Assembly: GCA_029288725.1 (NCBI GenBank)
Contig: JARIGS010000004.1
Coordinates: 15,132 to 79,131, forward strand
Direction: 5' to 3'
Length of the DNA stretch: 64,000 bases
Source of the DNA: Candidatus Nomurabacteria bacterium
GTDB taxonomy: Bacteria > Patescibacteriota > Minisyncoccia > Phycocordibacterales > UBA9973
Part shown: positions 39,801-49,213 of the stretch, piece after piece
Numbering within the stretch: position 1 is the stretch's first letter
Layout: each line of letters starts with the position of its first letter
Notes under the pieces: model-generated
Told to the model about the DNA's origin: nothing
Databases searched by the model: none
Seen by the model: only the letters and a program-made list of their open reading frames with translations
Program-made: the position numbers and the translations under genes

Positions 39801-42800
39801 AGTGGCAGCGTAAACGTGCTCTTCTCATACGGTCCCGCTACAAGTAATAATCAGCTTACTTTTTACCTTACTAGTACGACCGGTGTCCTCGCTACGACTG
39901 GTGGAAGTCCGCTGGGTACTGTTTCAATGTCCGGTACTCCTAATGATGGTAACTGGCACCATATTGTAGTGGTGATTAACGGCAGTTCATTGACTGTATA
40001 TACTGATAATATCTCCCACACGGCCACGCTTACTGCTTACAACATCACTTTAAGTGGTACCTTCCAAAACTATCAACCAACAACTGCCTTGGCAGGAGCA
40101 CTAGACCAGGAGCTTGTATATAATAGAGTGCTCAGCCGCACCTCCGGTGCCGGTTCCTCCGACGAAATTGCGCAACTGTACAATGGAGGATCCGGTACTG
40201 CCTCAATCCCGACGACAGGCCTCATTCGCCGCTACGACTTCGAAGAGGGCACTGGCACGACAGCAAATGACACCAACCCAAATGGCACCCAGTATCCATT
40301 GACATTAATTAACGGTCCGACGTGGACCTTGAACGGCTTCGTGCCAGTCAGTGCAAGCAGCACCGAGTCCCCATTCTTCTCAGTCAGTGACGGCCTCACC
40401 AACGCCGAGCGCGGCATCGCGACCTGGGGCGACTTCAACGGCCGCAACCAGCAGCAGGGTAAGTGGTTCCAGTGGTTCCAGAACGGCGTGTACCCACTGG
40501 CAAGCAACAACAGCGGACAGTGGCTGTTCAATCCGAATAATAGTTCAAATACGGCACCAACAATTGCTTCCACCATCGACGTGGCCGGTAACCTTACGAT
40601 TGGCGCGACATATGCGGGAGTGAACGCCGCGCCGACCAACGGCCTGCTGGTGCAGGGCAACGTGGGTATTGGTACGACTACTGCAAACGGTACTCTTTCA
40701 CTGGGGGGCAACCAGACTGCTGCTGCCTGGGGTACTACTGGTATCAACTTCAGCACGGCAGCTGCAACCTACACTAACTCCTCAACCGCAGCAAATGGAA
40801 CAGTGGCCAATAGCGCCGTCAACTCTTTCGGTGTTCCAACTCTTGCTGCTTCCAACACGGGTGTTACTAGCACTACTGCATCAACTTTGTATATAGCAGG
40901 GGCACCGGTAGCGGGAACAAACATGACCATTACCAATCCATTGGCCCTCTATGTTGCAACAGGCAACGCCTCATTTGGTGGTAATGTTGGCATTGGTACA
41001 ACTAGTCCGACGGCAAGACTTCAGCTTGGTGCTGGTACTGCTACTGCGGGTACTGCGCCACTGAAGTTCGCCAGTGGAACTAATCTTGCTACACCAGAAG
41101 CCGGTGCGATGGAATTTGACGGTACGCAGCTATATTTCTCACCGTCAACTACTCGAAACATTGTCGCACAGGTTTCAGGAGGCACCCCACTAACGGCAGG
41201 ATCAATTCCGTTTGCAACCGCAAGTGGTTATTTCACACAAAACAATAATAATTTCTACATTCAAAACAGCTCATCTACTCCAATGACCCTTGCTACCAAC
41301 ACCAACGTTGCGTTTAGTGTGAACACGAACGGTGACTTTACGGGTACCGATGCTGTTAATATCTATGGTCAGTATGATGCGTATCTGCCTAACAGCGCCA
41401 TCACCAATTCATTGACTGGTTTGAACACTGATGGAGCGTTTCCAGGATACGGGGTTTCTTCATCCCGCGGCACAGGACAGTCACCAGTACAGCTCCAGAC
41501 CGGTGACCTAGTTGGTGGTTTCTTTGGCTTTGGTGCCCAAGGTGCGTCGTCACCAACGTATCAAAACCTTGGTGGTATGGCTGTGACGACCATAGGAAGT
41601 TCGACCAATAACCTTGGTGGACAGTTGAATTTCTATACTAAGGCTGACGGCGGATCATTAACTCAGCACTTGAGCATTGATAATGCTGGTGTGCTCTCGG
41701 TATCAAGTACCACCCCCGAGCAGCGCTTCGTCACCTCGGGCGACAGCAACTACGCGCGCTTCCAGCGCTCAACCGCAAGCGACCAGTTCGTCGGCAAGAA
41801 CAACGTATTGCAGTCAGGGGGAAGTGGTCAGGCAATAGTCTTCAACTCCGCTTCTAGTCAGTATTTTACTGCCCCTGATACTGGCCTGCCAACAGGATCA
41901 AGTATTGCCTTAACGGTATCGCAGTGGATCAAGTATAACGGGGGCGTACCGGCCAACCTTCCGTTGCTGTATTATGGAACGGGCTCAACCAGTCTGACTG
42001 CCTTTATAGTAACTAACAGTGGACAAGTCGCTGTGTATAATGGTAATACAGCACTAAGTTCTGCCTTTGGCGTGCGTATTGATGATGGTAAGTGGCACCA
42101 TGTTGTCCTTACAATAAACGGCAGTGCATTGACTGTCTACATAGACAATGTGTCATATACTGGTACGTTGCCTGCCTATACCGTAGCGACAGGAGCGTCA
42201 ATGGTAAACAATAATGTTGCGAACTCGACGTTTTATTTCTCCTATTCACTTGATCAATTATTGGTGTACAACAGAGTGCTCAGCCGCACCTCCGGTGCCG
42301 GTTCCTCCGACGAAATTAGCCAATTGTATAATTCTGGTGCGGGTACCGCTTCCATTTCTACTACCAACCTGCTTCGCCGTTACGACTTCGAGGAGGGCAC
42401 TGGCAGTACTGTAAGCGACACCAATCCGAATGGTACGCAATACCAAATGACACTGGTAAATAGCCCATCTTGGACATTGAACGGCATCGTGCCTATTGGC
42501 GCTAGTAGTACAGAGACATCATTCTTCGCTATCAAAGACGGCCTCACCAACGCCGAGCGCGGCATCGCGACCTGGGGCGACTTCAACGGCCGCAACCAGC
42601 AGCAGGGTAAGTGGTTCCAGTGGTTCCAGAACGGTTCATACCCACTGGCAAGCAACAACAGCGGACAGTGGCTGTTCAATCCAAGCAACAATACTAACGG
42701 CGTTCCGACTATTGCCTCAACTATCGACGTTGCCGGCAACATAACCGTTGGTGCGATATATGCGGGAGTGAACGCCGCGCCGACCAACGGCCTGCTGGTG

Positions 42801-44336
42801 CAGGGCAACGTGGGTATTGGCACTGCTGCTACGACCGTCGCATCCAAACTCCATATTCTTACTACTGCACTTGGAACTACGCAGGCAAACTCTTCTGGTA
42901 TTTACCTGCAAAACAATACTGCGGCAGCTGCAGGTGCGCAACAAATTTCTCCGGGTATCGTGTTTGAAGGTCAGGGATGGAAAACAAATGCAACGGCTGC
43001 ATCACAGGCAGTAGACTTCCGCGAATTCGTTGTACCGGTGCAGGGAACTGCGAATCCTACCGGCTATCTCTCATGGGGTTCTTCAGTCAACGGTGCCGGA
43101 TATACTGACGGATTGCTCGCATTAACGACTGGTGGAAACCTCGGTATCGGCACTACTGCTCCATCAGGCGCACTTTCAGTCGGAGGCAACCGTACCGCTT
43201 CCGCCTGGGGCGTGAACGGTATTAACCTACAAACTGTTGCGGCAACGTACACTGACTCATCGACTGCTGCCAACGGTACCGTTACTAATACCGCCATCAA
43301 CTCATTCGGCATCCCAACGGTGGCGGCGACAAACAGTAGTGTTACCTACACCAACTACTCCAATCTCTACATTGCCGGTGCGCCATTAGCCGGAACAAAT
43401 GTAAGCCTTACTAACCGTTTTGCATTGAACGTCGCCGGTGGCAGCTCATTCTTTGGCGGTAGTGTCGGCATCAGTACTGCGGGTACGCCATTCACCCCAA
43501 GCTTTACGCTGCAGGTTGGGGATGGCGCGGTTAGTGGCATCGTTGCTCGTTTCCAAAACAGCGCCGGTACTTGTGACATTAACCCGCTTACCAGCTCATT
43601 GGCTTGTTCTTCTGATATGAACCTGAAGAAAAATATTACTAACTTGTCCGATGGTAGCGCATGGAGCTTCAGCAACAATATTTCTGTTGCCAATGATAGT
43701 GATCTTGATAAGATCCTTGCCCTTAATCCGGTGACTTACAACTGGAATGTTGAACAGGACACCGACCAAAAGCATATCGGTTTCATTGCTCAGGATGTGC
43801 AGCAGATCTTCCCTGATTTGGTCGCAACTGATCCAAACACCCACTTGCTGTCATTGAACTACATCGGCTTCATTCCATATACCATTGAGGCAATCAAGGA
43901 AATAAACTTCAACATCACCGCCATCGACGATCTTACCAAGAGCAATACCTGGAGAGACGCATTGATTGGATGGTTTGCTGATAGCGCCAACGGCATCAAG
44001 TCATTGGTTGTTCATGACAAGGTCTGTGTCGATGACCAATGTTTGACCAAGAGTGACATTCAGCGATTGTTGCAGCTTGAAAACCAGCAGGGAGGTACGA
44101 CTACGGTATCAAACTCATCATCAAATACGACAAGTAGTACTACCACCGACAGTAGTACTGATACTACGTCACAAACCCAAAGTCCTGATGTGACTGCACC
44201 AGCACCAGATACCACTACTACCAGTACCGCTTCTCCTGCGCCAGACACGACTACTTCAACGGATACTTCTAGTTCCAGTACCACTGACACGAGCAGCACT
44301 CCGCCCCCAGCTGATACTACTAGTGCGAGCCAATAA
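36816..44336 (+). CDS. Giant secreted tail-fibre-like adhesin: repeats, two LamG-like domains, S74-type intramolecular chaperone, S/T tail
   Basis: Signal peptide; many GNVGIGTT motifs; DG.WHH(I/V)V and YNRVLS..EI..LY twice; SD.NLKKNI...LNPVTYNW...GFIAQDVQ.IFP.LV. Confidence 0.85.
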   Translation: MHLSSQRFNRIIAILAILSTVSVFAYRAAASSLPGAFLGSKITVGDTNNTYAIADTNYLEGGHMQVATHAALLAITRERREVGMLVTVVDDDTGTVGNQTVTYRLISNPTADGSGGTATPTTDANWTVIIPSLGGNGGKFLTTDGTTVSWATVSGGGGGGTYTAGTGLTLTGSAFSVNTSQNIATLSNLTTDGFVRTTGANGTLTSAPLSSAEVASALGYTPYNASTNSSGYIAGNLTGAITSVGNATSLGSFTSANLSGALTDETGSGAAVFANSPTFVTPTLGAANATSVNGLSLTANPTGFAIAGGSTTSKTLTISNSLTLAGTDGSTLNIGTGGTLGSAAFTNASAYEVPLTFSTGLTRTGNTITVNASQNISTLSNLTSNGLIKTTGGTGALSIAAADIDYSTPTGVETITNKDFTSGTNTFPTFNQNTTGSAATLTTARLIAGNSFNGSANVPFANKFIVQGTSDAGLTGAQFLGALATGLLKNTTTTGVLSVATPGSDYEVPLTFSTGLTRTVNTITVNTSQNISTLSNLTSNGFVTTSGGTGALSVTGSTGSGNVVLATSPTLVTPVLGAATATSINKVAFTAPATGATLTIADGKTLTASNSLTFAGSDGSTLNVGSGGTLGTAAYTSSSAYEVPLTFSTGLTRTVNTITVNTSQNIATLSNLTSNGSVQTSGGNGTLSVVANTGTGNNVLANSPSLTSPSFSTIVNTGTLTLPTSTDTLVGRATTDTLTNKTISGSNNTLTNIPNSALTNSSLTLALGTSGTDVNWGASTVSLGGTATLNIPDASATARGLITTGAQTIAGAKTFSSSATFSAYTSGSVPYISTGGLLAQDNANFFYDGINHRLGLGTTSPSAFIHVLGTTEQLRLGYDASNYGSFTTGNTGGLTVTTTGTNANVNLSPATGIVTVNGTIPEQRFVTSGDSNYARFQRSTASDQFVGKNNVLQSGGVGKAITVTLGANRYLQASDAGLPTGSSITLSFSEWYKWTSGSVNVLFSYGPATSNNQLTFYLTSTTGVLATTGGSPLGTVSMSGTPNDGNWHHIVVVINGSSLTVYTDNISHTATLTAYNITLSGTFQNYQPTTALAGALDQELVYNRVLSRTSGAGSSDEIAQLYNGGSGTASIPTTGLIRRYDFEEGTGTTANDTNPNGTQYPLTLINGPTWTLNGFVPVSASSTESPFFSVSDGLTNAERGIATWGDFNGRNQQQGKWFQWFQNGVYPLASNNSGQWLFNPNNSSNTAPTIASTIDVAGNLTIGATYAGVNAAPTNGLLVQGNVGIGTTTANGTLSLGGNQTAAAWGTTGINFSTAAATYTNSSTAANGTVANSAVNSFGVPTLAASNTGVTSTTASTLYIAGAPVAGTNMTITNPLALYVATGNASFGGNVGIGTTSPTARLQLGAGTATAGTAPLKFASGTNLATPEAGAMEFDGTQLYFSPSTTRNIVAQVSGGTPLTAGSIPFATASGYFTQNNNNFYIQNSSSTPMTLATNTNVAFSVNTNGDFTGTDAVNIYGQYDAYLPNSAITNSLTGLNTDGAFPGYGVSSSRGTGQSPVQLQTGDLVGGFFGFGAQGASSPTYQNLGGMAVTTIGSSTNNLGGQLNFYTKADGGSLTQHLSIDNAGVLSVSSTTPEQRFVTSGDSNYARFQRSTASDQFVGKNNVLQSGGSGQAIVFNSASSQYFTAPDTGLPTGSSIALTVSQWIKYNGGVPANLPLLYYGTGSTSLTAFIVTNSGQVAVYNGNTALSSAFGVRIDDGKWHHVVLTINGSALTVYIDNVSYTGTLPAYTVATGASMVNNNVANSTFYFSYSLDQLLVYNRVLSRTSGAGSSDEISQLYNSGAGTASISTTNLLRRYDFEEGTGSTVSDTNPNGTQYQMTLVNSPSWTLNGIVPIGASSTETSFFAIKDGLTNAERGIATWGDFNGRNQQQGKWFQWFQNGSYPLASNNSGQWLFNPSNNTNGVPTIASTIDVAGNITVGAIYAGVNAAPTNGLLVQGNVGIGTAATTVASKLHILTTALGTTQANSSGIYLQNNTAAAAGAQQISPGIVFEGQGWKTNATAASQAVDFREFVVPVQGTANPTGYLSWGSSVNGAGYTDGLLALTTGGNLGIGTTAPSGALSVGGNRTASAWGVNGINLQTVAATYTDSSTAANGTVTNTAINSFGIPTVAATNSSVTYTNYSNLYIAGAPLAGTNVSLTNRFALNVAGGSSFFGGSVGISTAGTPFTPSFTLQVGDGAVSGIVARFQNSAGTCDINPLTSSLACSSDMNLKKNITNLSDGSAWSFSNNISVANDSDLDKILALNPVTYNWNVEQDTDQKHIGFIAQDVQQIFPDLVATDPNTHLLSLNYIGFIPYTIEAIKEINFNITAIDDLTKSNTWRDALIGWFADSANGIKSLVVHDKVCVDDQCLTKSDIQRLLQLENQQGGTTTVSNSSSNTTSSTTTDSSTDTTSQTQSPDVTAPAPDTTTTSTASPAPDTTTSTDTSSSSTTDTSSTPPPADTTSASQ

Positions 44337-44361
44337 CCATAACGTATGATAGGATACCACC

Positions 44362-45423
44362 ATGCATGACACACGAACCATCCGCATAAGCACTGACACG
44401 ATGATCCGCGGTATTTTGTTGATCGTGGCAGCGGTTATCCTCTTTAAAATCAAGGATATTTTGCTTCTCGTGCTTGTTTCCATAGTGATCGCTTCCTTTG
44501 TTGAGGCCGGGGTACGCATGTTCAAATCATGGGGCATTGACCGTACCTTGTCAGTACCGATTATCTTTACAGCGGTCATCGGTATGGTGACGGTACTGTT
44601 TTACACCTTTGTGCCGATTGTCATTCGGGAACTTTCTGGTGTCCTTACCTCATTACTGACGTATCTGCCAAGCAGTACGCCGGTAAGTAGCCAGTCCGTT
44701 GAAAGTGTCACGGCATTCATCGCAAATATTGCTCACCATACTTCGCTGACAGAATTATTGGGAAGTATCAAGACGAGTGCGTCTTCATTATCACAGGGGG
44801 CGACGACGTTTATCGGTTCAACATTCGGCAATTTGCTCGATGTGGTCTTGGTAGTGGTGATGTCATTTTATCTTTCTATCCAGGAGCGGGGGATTGATAA
44901 CTTCCTACGCATCCTTACACCGCTGAAGCATGAACACTATGTCGTGAACTTGTGGAATCGCACCCAGCACAAGATCGGGGTCTGGTTCAAAGGACAGCTC
45001 TTGCTCGGTCTGATCATGGGAGCAATTACTATCGTTGCATTGGCACTGTTGGGTGTGCAGTACTCATTTCTTATCGGCTGCGTGACTGGTATCGCCGAGC
45101 TTATTCCGTTTGGCATTATCTTTGCGGCCGTACCGGCCATTCTCTTTGCCATTATTGGCGGAGGATACATACTCGGTATCAAGGTATTGATCTTCTATAT
45201 TGTCGCTCATCAGGTTGAGGGCTATGTCCTTAGTCCGGTGGTGGCACATCGCACTGTTGGTATTCCGCCACTTGTCGTGCTCCTGTCATTCTTGATTGGC
45301 ATTACTGTTGCCGGATTCTGGGGCGCTATTATTGCCATTCCGGTGGCAGTATTTATCCTTGAATATCTCAGCGATGTTGAAAAACAAAAGCTCGTACCGA
45401 TTACGATAAACAAGCCTCAATAA
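44362..45423 (+). CDS. AI-2E family transporter
   Basis: WFKGQLLLG, ELIPFG, QVEGYVLSP, GFWGAIIAIP. Confidence 0.9.
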   Translation: MHDTRTIRISTDTMIRGILLIVAAVILFKIKDILLLVLVSIVIASFVEAGVRMFKSWGIDRTLSVPIIFTAVIGMVTVLFYTFVPIVIRELSGVLTSLLTYLPSSTPVSSQSVESVTAFIANIAHHTSLTELLGSIKTSASSLSQGATTFIGSTFGNLLDVVLVVVMSFYLSIQERGIDNFLRILTPLKHEHYVVNLWNRTQHKIGVWFKGQLLLGLIMGAITIVALALLGVQYSFLIGCVTGIAELIPFGIIFAAVPAILFAIIGGGYILGIKVLIFYIVAHQVEGYVLSPVVAHRTVGIPPLVVLLSFLIGITVAGFWGAIIAIPVAVFILEYLSDVEKQKLVPITINKPQ

Positions 45424-45428
45424 CTTTT

Positions 45429-46892
45429 ATGGAAAAAACGTTTTACATTACTACCACGCTGCCATACGTGAATGCACCATTACATATGGGGCATGCTTTG
45501 GAATTTGTACGAGCAGACGCTATTGCTCGGTATAAAACCCTTCAAGGGTACGATGTATTCTTTAATACTGGAACCGATGAGCATGGTCAAAAAATCTATA
45601 CCAAAGCCGTAGAAAAAGGCGAAGACCCGCAGGTTTTTGTTGATAAAAATTTTGTTACGTTTAAGGAACAGGTAGGGGCATTTGGAATGCTTGAAAATCT
45701 GCACTATGTGCGCACGACTGATGAAGCACACATAAAGGCGGCGCAAGTATTTTGGACCAAGGTCTATGACAATGGTTATATTTATAAAAAGACATATCAG
45801 GCAAAATATTGTATCGGATGTGAGGCGGAGAAAACAGATTCCGAACTCGATGAAAACGGGCACTGCCTACTCCATCCTGGATTGGAGCTTGAAATAATCA
45901 ATGAGGAAAATTACTTCTTTAAGTTCTCTGAGTTTGGAGAAAAACTTTTGACATTCTATGAATCTAAGCCCCACTTTGTTTTGCCAGATTTCCGTTTTAA
46001 TGAAGTAAAGTCATTTGTAAAAAACGGTCTACAGGATTTTTCTATTTCGAGAATGAAGGAAAAAATGGCATGGGGGATACCCGTACCGGGAGACGACTCA
46101 CAAGTGATGTATGTCTGGTTTGATGCATTGGTGAATTATATCTCCACATTGGGCTATCCATTGCTTGAAGATAATTTTGAAAAGTATTGGGTACGAGGTA
46201 CTCCGCTTCAATATTGCGGAAAAGACAATACCCGTTTCCAGGCAATTATGTGGCAGGCAATGCTTATCGCCGCCGATCTGCCAAATTCAGATCAAATCGT
46301 TGTAAATGGATTTATCACTGGCGACAAGGGGATTCGCATGTCGAAAACATTAGGAAACGTAGTTGACCCCTTAGACATCGTACGGGAATATGGTACTGAT
46401 GTGTTGCGCTTTTTCCTTCTGAAGGAAATCTCGAGCTTTGAAGACAGCCCTTTTACCATTGAGCGTTTCAGAGAGTCATATCAGGCAAACTTGGCTAATG
46501 GCTTGGGCAACCTGGTCTCCCGCATCATGAAGATGGTGACGAATTATGAAGTGAACTATTTGTTGCCAACTGATGAAGATCTGCTTGAATTTGATGATGC
46601 AGTACCAGAGGATTTTCACACCAAGATTGATCAGTATGATCTCAAAGCAGCGATGGATGATATCTGGCGCGAAGTGAATTCGCTTGATTGGCTAATTCAG
46701 AACAAGGAACCGTTCAAATTGGCAAAGACCGATATGCCTGAAGCCCAGAGAATAGTAGGGGATTTGGCAATTCGTCTCTACATCATTGGATTCCTCTTGC
46801 AGCCATTTATGCCACAGACTGCTGAAACTATTATGAAGTTAGTGAAGGAGAAAAAGACTCCGGAGAAGCCTTTGTTTAATAGATTGGCATAA
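45429..46892 (+). CDS. metG: Methionine-tRNA ligase (short form)
   Basis: YITTTLPYVN..LHMGH, GTDEHG, YVWFDAL, RMSKT. Confidence 0.97.
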   Translation: MEKTFYITTTLPYVNAPLHMGHALEFVRADAIARYKTLQGYDVFFNTGTDEHGQKIYTKAVEKGEDPQVFVDKNFVTFKEQVGAFGMLENLHYVRTTDEAHIKAAQVFWTKVYDNGYIYKKTYQAKYCIGCEAEKTDSELDENGHCLLHPGLELEIINEENYFFKFSEFGEKLLTFYESKPHFVLPDFRFNEVKSFVKNGLQDFSISRMKEKMAWGIPVPGDDSQVMYVWFDALVNYISTLGYPLLEDNFEKYWVRGTPLQYCGKDNTRFQAIMWQAMLIAADLPNSDQIVVNGFITGDKGIRMSKTLGNVVDPLDIVREYGTDVLRFFLLKEISSFEDSPFTIERFRESYQANLANGLGNLVSRIMKMVTNYEVNYLLPTDEDLLEFDDAVPEDFHTKIDQYDLKAAMDDIWREVNSLDWLIQNKEPFKLAKTDMPEAQRIVGDLAIRLYIIGFLLQPFMPQTAETIMKLVKEKKTPEKPLFNRLA

Positions 46893-46905
46893 CCTCGCCC
46901 GCTCC

Positions 46906-47006
46906 GAGGAATCTTTCCCTTCTGGAGACACGCATATTTTTCTGCTGAAAAATTGCTGTGCTCGCGCCAGTCGCGCTGCGCAAGTCTCCATCTGTGAAAA
47001 TTCCTC
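46906..47006 (-). repeat. Structured intergenic element (family C), copy 2
   Basis: Core at 46930-46957 enclosed by tggagac/gtctcca and gaggaat/attcctc stems. Confidence 0.7.
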
Positions 47007-47077
47007 TTCACATGCTCGATCACGTAATGTGGATACAAAGGCAGAACGTTTCCGGTGCCACCTAATGCGAGGCCGAA

Positions 47078-47126
47078 GATGATCTAATCTTTTCCCGCCT
47101 GCTTGCCAGGGAAAAATTAGATCATC
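47078..47126 (-). repeat. Family-D hairpin repeat, copy 2
   Basis: gatgatctaatcttttcc...ggaaaaattagatcatc. Confidence 0.65.
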
Positions 47127-47168
47127 AGAGCAATATCCCACATTTATGAATTTATATATACTACTACT

Positions 47169-48008
47169 ATGAAAACAATAGACACCCATTCCCACTATAA
47201 TCTTGCGCAGTTTGATGAGGATCGCGAGGCGGCGATTGCGCGCATGATGGAAGCGGGGGTAGGGACGATCTGTGTTGGAGTGGATTTGGAAACGAGCAAA
47301 TTGGCAATCGATATTGCGGCTCAGAACGAAACAATTTGGGCATGTGTTGGTCAGCATCCGACCGAATGGGCGCAAGAGTACGATGCAGCGGAATTTGCTG
47401 ATCTTGCCAAAGGCAACAATGTTGTGGCAATCGGCGAATGTGGTTTGGATTATTACCGACCGGAGGAACGTGCACACAAGCCAGAACAGGTAGTATTGTT
47501 TCGCCGTCAGATTGAATTGGCGATAGAAAGTGGCTTGCCATTGATGCTGCACATTAGGCCGAGCAGGCTTGGCTCGCCAGAGCAAAGCGACGGCGGCGAA
47601 TATGATGCGTATGATGATGCCATTGCCATTTTAAAGGAGTATAAAAACGATCTTATTGAGGAGAACGCCCCTTCGACTTCGCTCAGGGCACTACGTGGTA
47701 CCGCCCATTTCTTTGTTGGTGACAAGCGCATTGCCCAGGAATTCCTGGATTTGGGCTTCCATATTTCGTTTTCCGGGGTCATTACCTTCGTGAAGGAATA
47801 TGAGGAAATCGTGGCATTTGTCCCGCTAGATCGTATTTTGAGCGAAACTGACGCGCCGTTTGCCGCCCCAGCCCCATATCGTGGCAAACGCAATGAACCA
47901 GCGTATGTACCAGAGATAGTACAAAAAATAGCCCAAATAAAGGGGTTCTCATTAGAAGAGACCGAAAAACGGCTACTTTTAAATGCTAAAAACCTCTTCG
48001 GTATTTAA
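47169..48008 (+). CDS. tatD: TatD family nuclease carrying two repeat-derived insertions
   Basis: IDTHSH, GQHP, AIGECGLDY, SETDAPF, RNEP. Confidence 0.95.
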   Translation: MKTIDTHSHYNLAQFDEDREAAIARMMEAGVGTICVGVDLETSKLAIDIAAQNETIWACVGQHPTEWAQEYDAAEFADLAKGNNVVAIGECGLDYYRPEERAHKPEQVVLFRRQIELAIESGLPLMLHIRPSRLGSPEQSDGGEYDAYDDAIAILKEYKNDLIEENAPSTSLRALRGTAHFFVGDKRIAQEFLDLGFHISFSGVITFVKEYEEIVAFVPLDRILSETDAPFAAPAPYRGKRNEPAYVPEIVQKIAQIKGFSLEETEKRLLLNAKNLFGI

Positions 48009-48093
48009 ATATCGACATAACCTCAATACGTTTCCGGCACCACAGATTTTGCCTATTTTACAATATAGGCTTTTTAGGGTAGTATGACCCCGT

Positions 48094-48137
48094 AGCCCCC
48101 GTTCCACGTCTGACGTGGCATTGGTCCGAAGCGGGCT
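48094..48137 (+). promoter_or_regulatory. Candidate S6:S18 ribosomal leader hairpin
   Basis: agccc-CCG-ttc...gaa-gc-gggct stem with a CCG-containing bulge just upstream of rpsF. Confidence 0.45.
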
Positions 48138-48164
48138 CATTTAACAAATAAAACCATATATTAC

Positions 48165-48698
48165 ATGGATAATAATCGTACCTACGAACTCGGATACCTT
48201 CTCGTACCGACTATCATTGAAAGCGAGGTTGATACTGCAGTGGCAACACTGAAAAATACCCTTGCCTCAGTTGAAGGCTCAGTCATTTCAGAAGGCACTC
48301 CAGAATTCATCGATCTTGCTTACCAGATCGAAAAGAACGTTAAAAGTAAGAAAATGAAGTGGTCACAAGGATACTTCGGTTGGATCAAATTCACCGCAGC
48401 CCCTGAAACCCTCGAAGCACTTAAGAAAGCATTTGATGCCAACCTTGAATTGATGCGCTACATGCTCATCAAGACCGATGCAGCAAATAACGTGATCTTT
48501 AAGAAGCCAAAAGTTGAAGCAAAGCGCGGTGGCGAAGAGTCATTTGACGAAGCGGAACTTGAAAGTATCGCAAGCGATATGGACAAAGAAGTCGTAGCCG
48601 AAGGCGAAGATTCCGAGCAGAGCGAAGAAGGAGAAGACCTTAAAGAAGTTCACGAAACCCTTCCAAACGTCGAAAGTGATATAATTAGTGAAGCGTAA
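48165..48698 (+). CDS. rpsF: 30S ribosomal protein S6 with acidic tail
   Basis: YELGYLL.P, LAYQI.K, MRYMLIK; rpsF-ssb-rpsR synteny. Confidence 0.92.
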   Translation: MDNNRTYELGYLLVPTIIESEVDTAVATLKNTLASVEGSVISEGTPEFIDLAYQIEKNVKSKKMKWSQGYFGWIKFTAAPETLEALKKAFDANLELMRYMLIKTDAANNVIFKKPKVEAKRGGEESFDEAELESIASDMDKEVVAEGEDSEQSEEGEDLKEVHETLPNVESDIISEA

Positions 48699-48725
48699 TA
48701 TTACCAACTAATTTATTCCATTATT

Positions 48726-49208
48726 ATGTATCTCAACAAAGTATTTCTCATCGGTAACCTTACCCGCGATCCAGAACTGAAGGCATTGCCTTCAGGCAGC
48801 AAAGTGGCCAGTATTTCAATGGCTACCAATCGCGTCTGGAAAGACCAGGCTGGTGCCCGTCAGGAAGCAACCGAATACCACAACGTTGTGGCATTTGGCC
48901 GCCAGGCGGAAAACCTCGCTCAGTACGCCCGCAAGGGAAGTTCACTGTTCGTAGAAGGACGCATTCAGACTCGAAGTTGGGATGGTCAGGACGGCAAGAA
49001 AAATTACCGTACCGAAATCATCATTGATAACTTCCAGTTTGGTCCAAAAGCAGGAGGTAGTGCTGGTGGGTTCGGAGATGGTTCACGCCCCGCTCCTTCA
49101 ATGTCCGGCGTATCAGACGCCGAAGCACCACAAAAGAGTGCTCCAGCTGATCTTGATACCATCGAATATCCTGATGAGGAAATCAACCTTGAAGACATTC
49201 CATTCTAA
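48726..49208 (+). CDS. ssb: Single-stranded DNA-binding protein
   Basis: [24 protein letters not shown]-terminal DIPF. Confidence 0.97.
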   Translation: MYLNKVFLIGNLTRDPELKALPSGSKVASISMATNRVWKDQAGARQEATEYHNVVAFGRQAENLAQYARKGSSLFVEGRIQTRSWDGQDGKKNYRTEIIIDNFQFGPKAGGSAGGFGDGSRPAPSMSGVSDAEAPQKSAPADLDTIEYPDEEINLEDIPF

Positions 49209-49213
49209 ATCTT

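Noticed and set aside
39575-42820. Diversity-generating retroelement TR/VR pair
   Set aside because: Differences are not adenine-specific, both copies are in one ORF, and no reverse transcriptase is in the window.
37298-43693. Several long minus-strand ORFs inside the giant adhesin
   Set aside because: Antisense artefacts of Thr/Gly/Ser/Ala-rich coding sequence.
46839-47585. 248-aa minus-strand ORF
   Set aside because: Overlaps tatD and metG antisense and runs through repeat elements.
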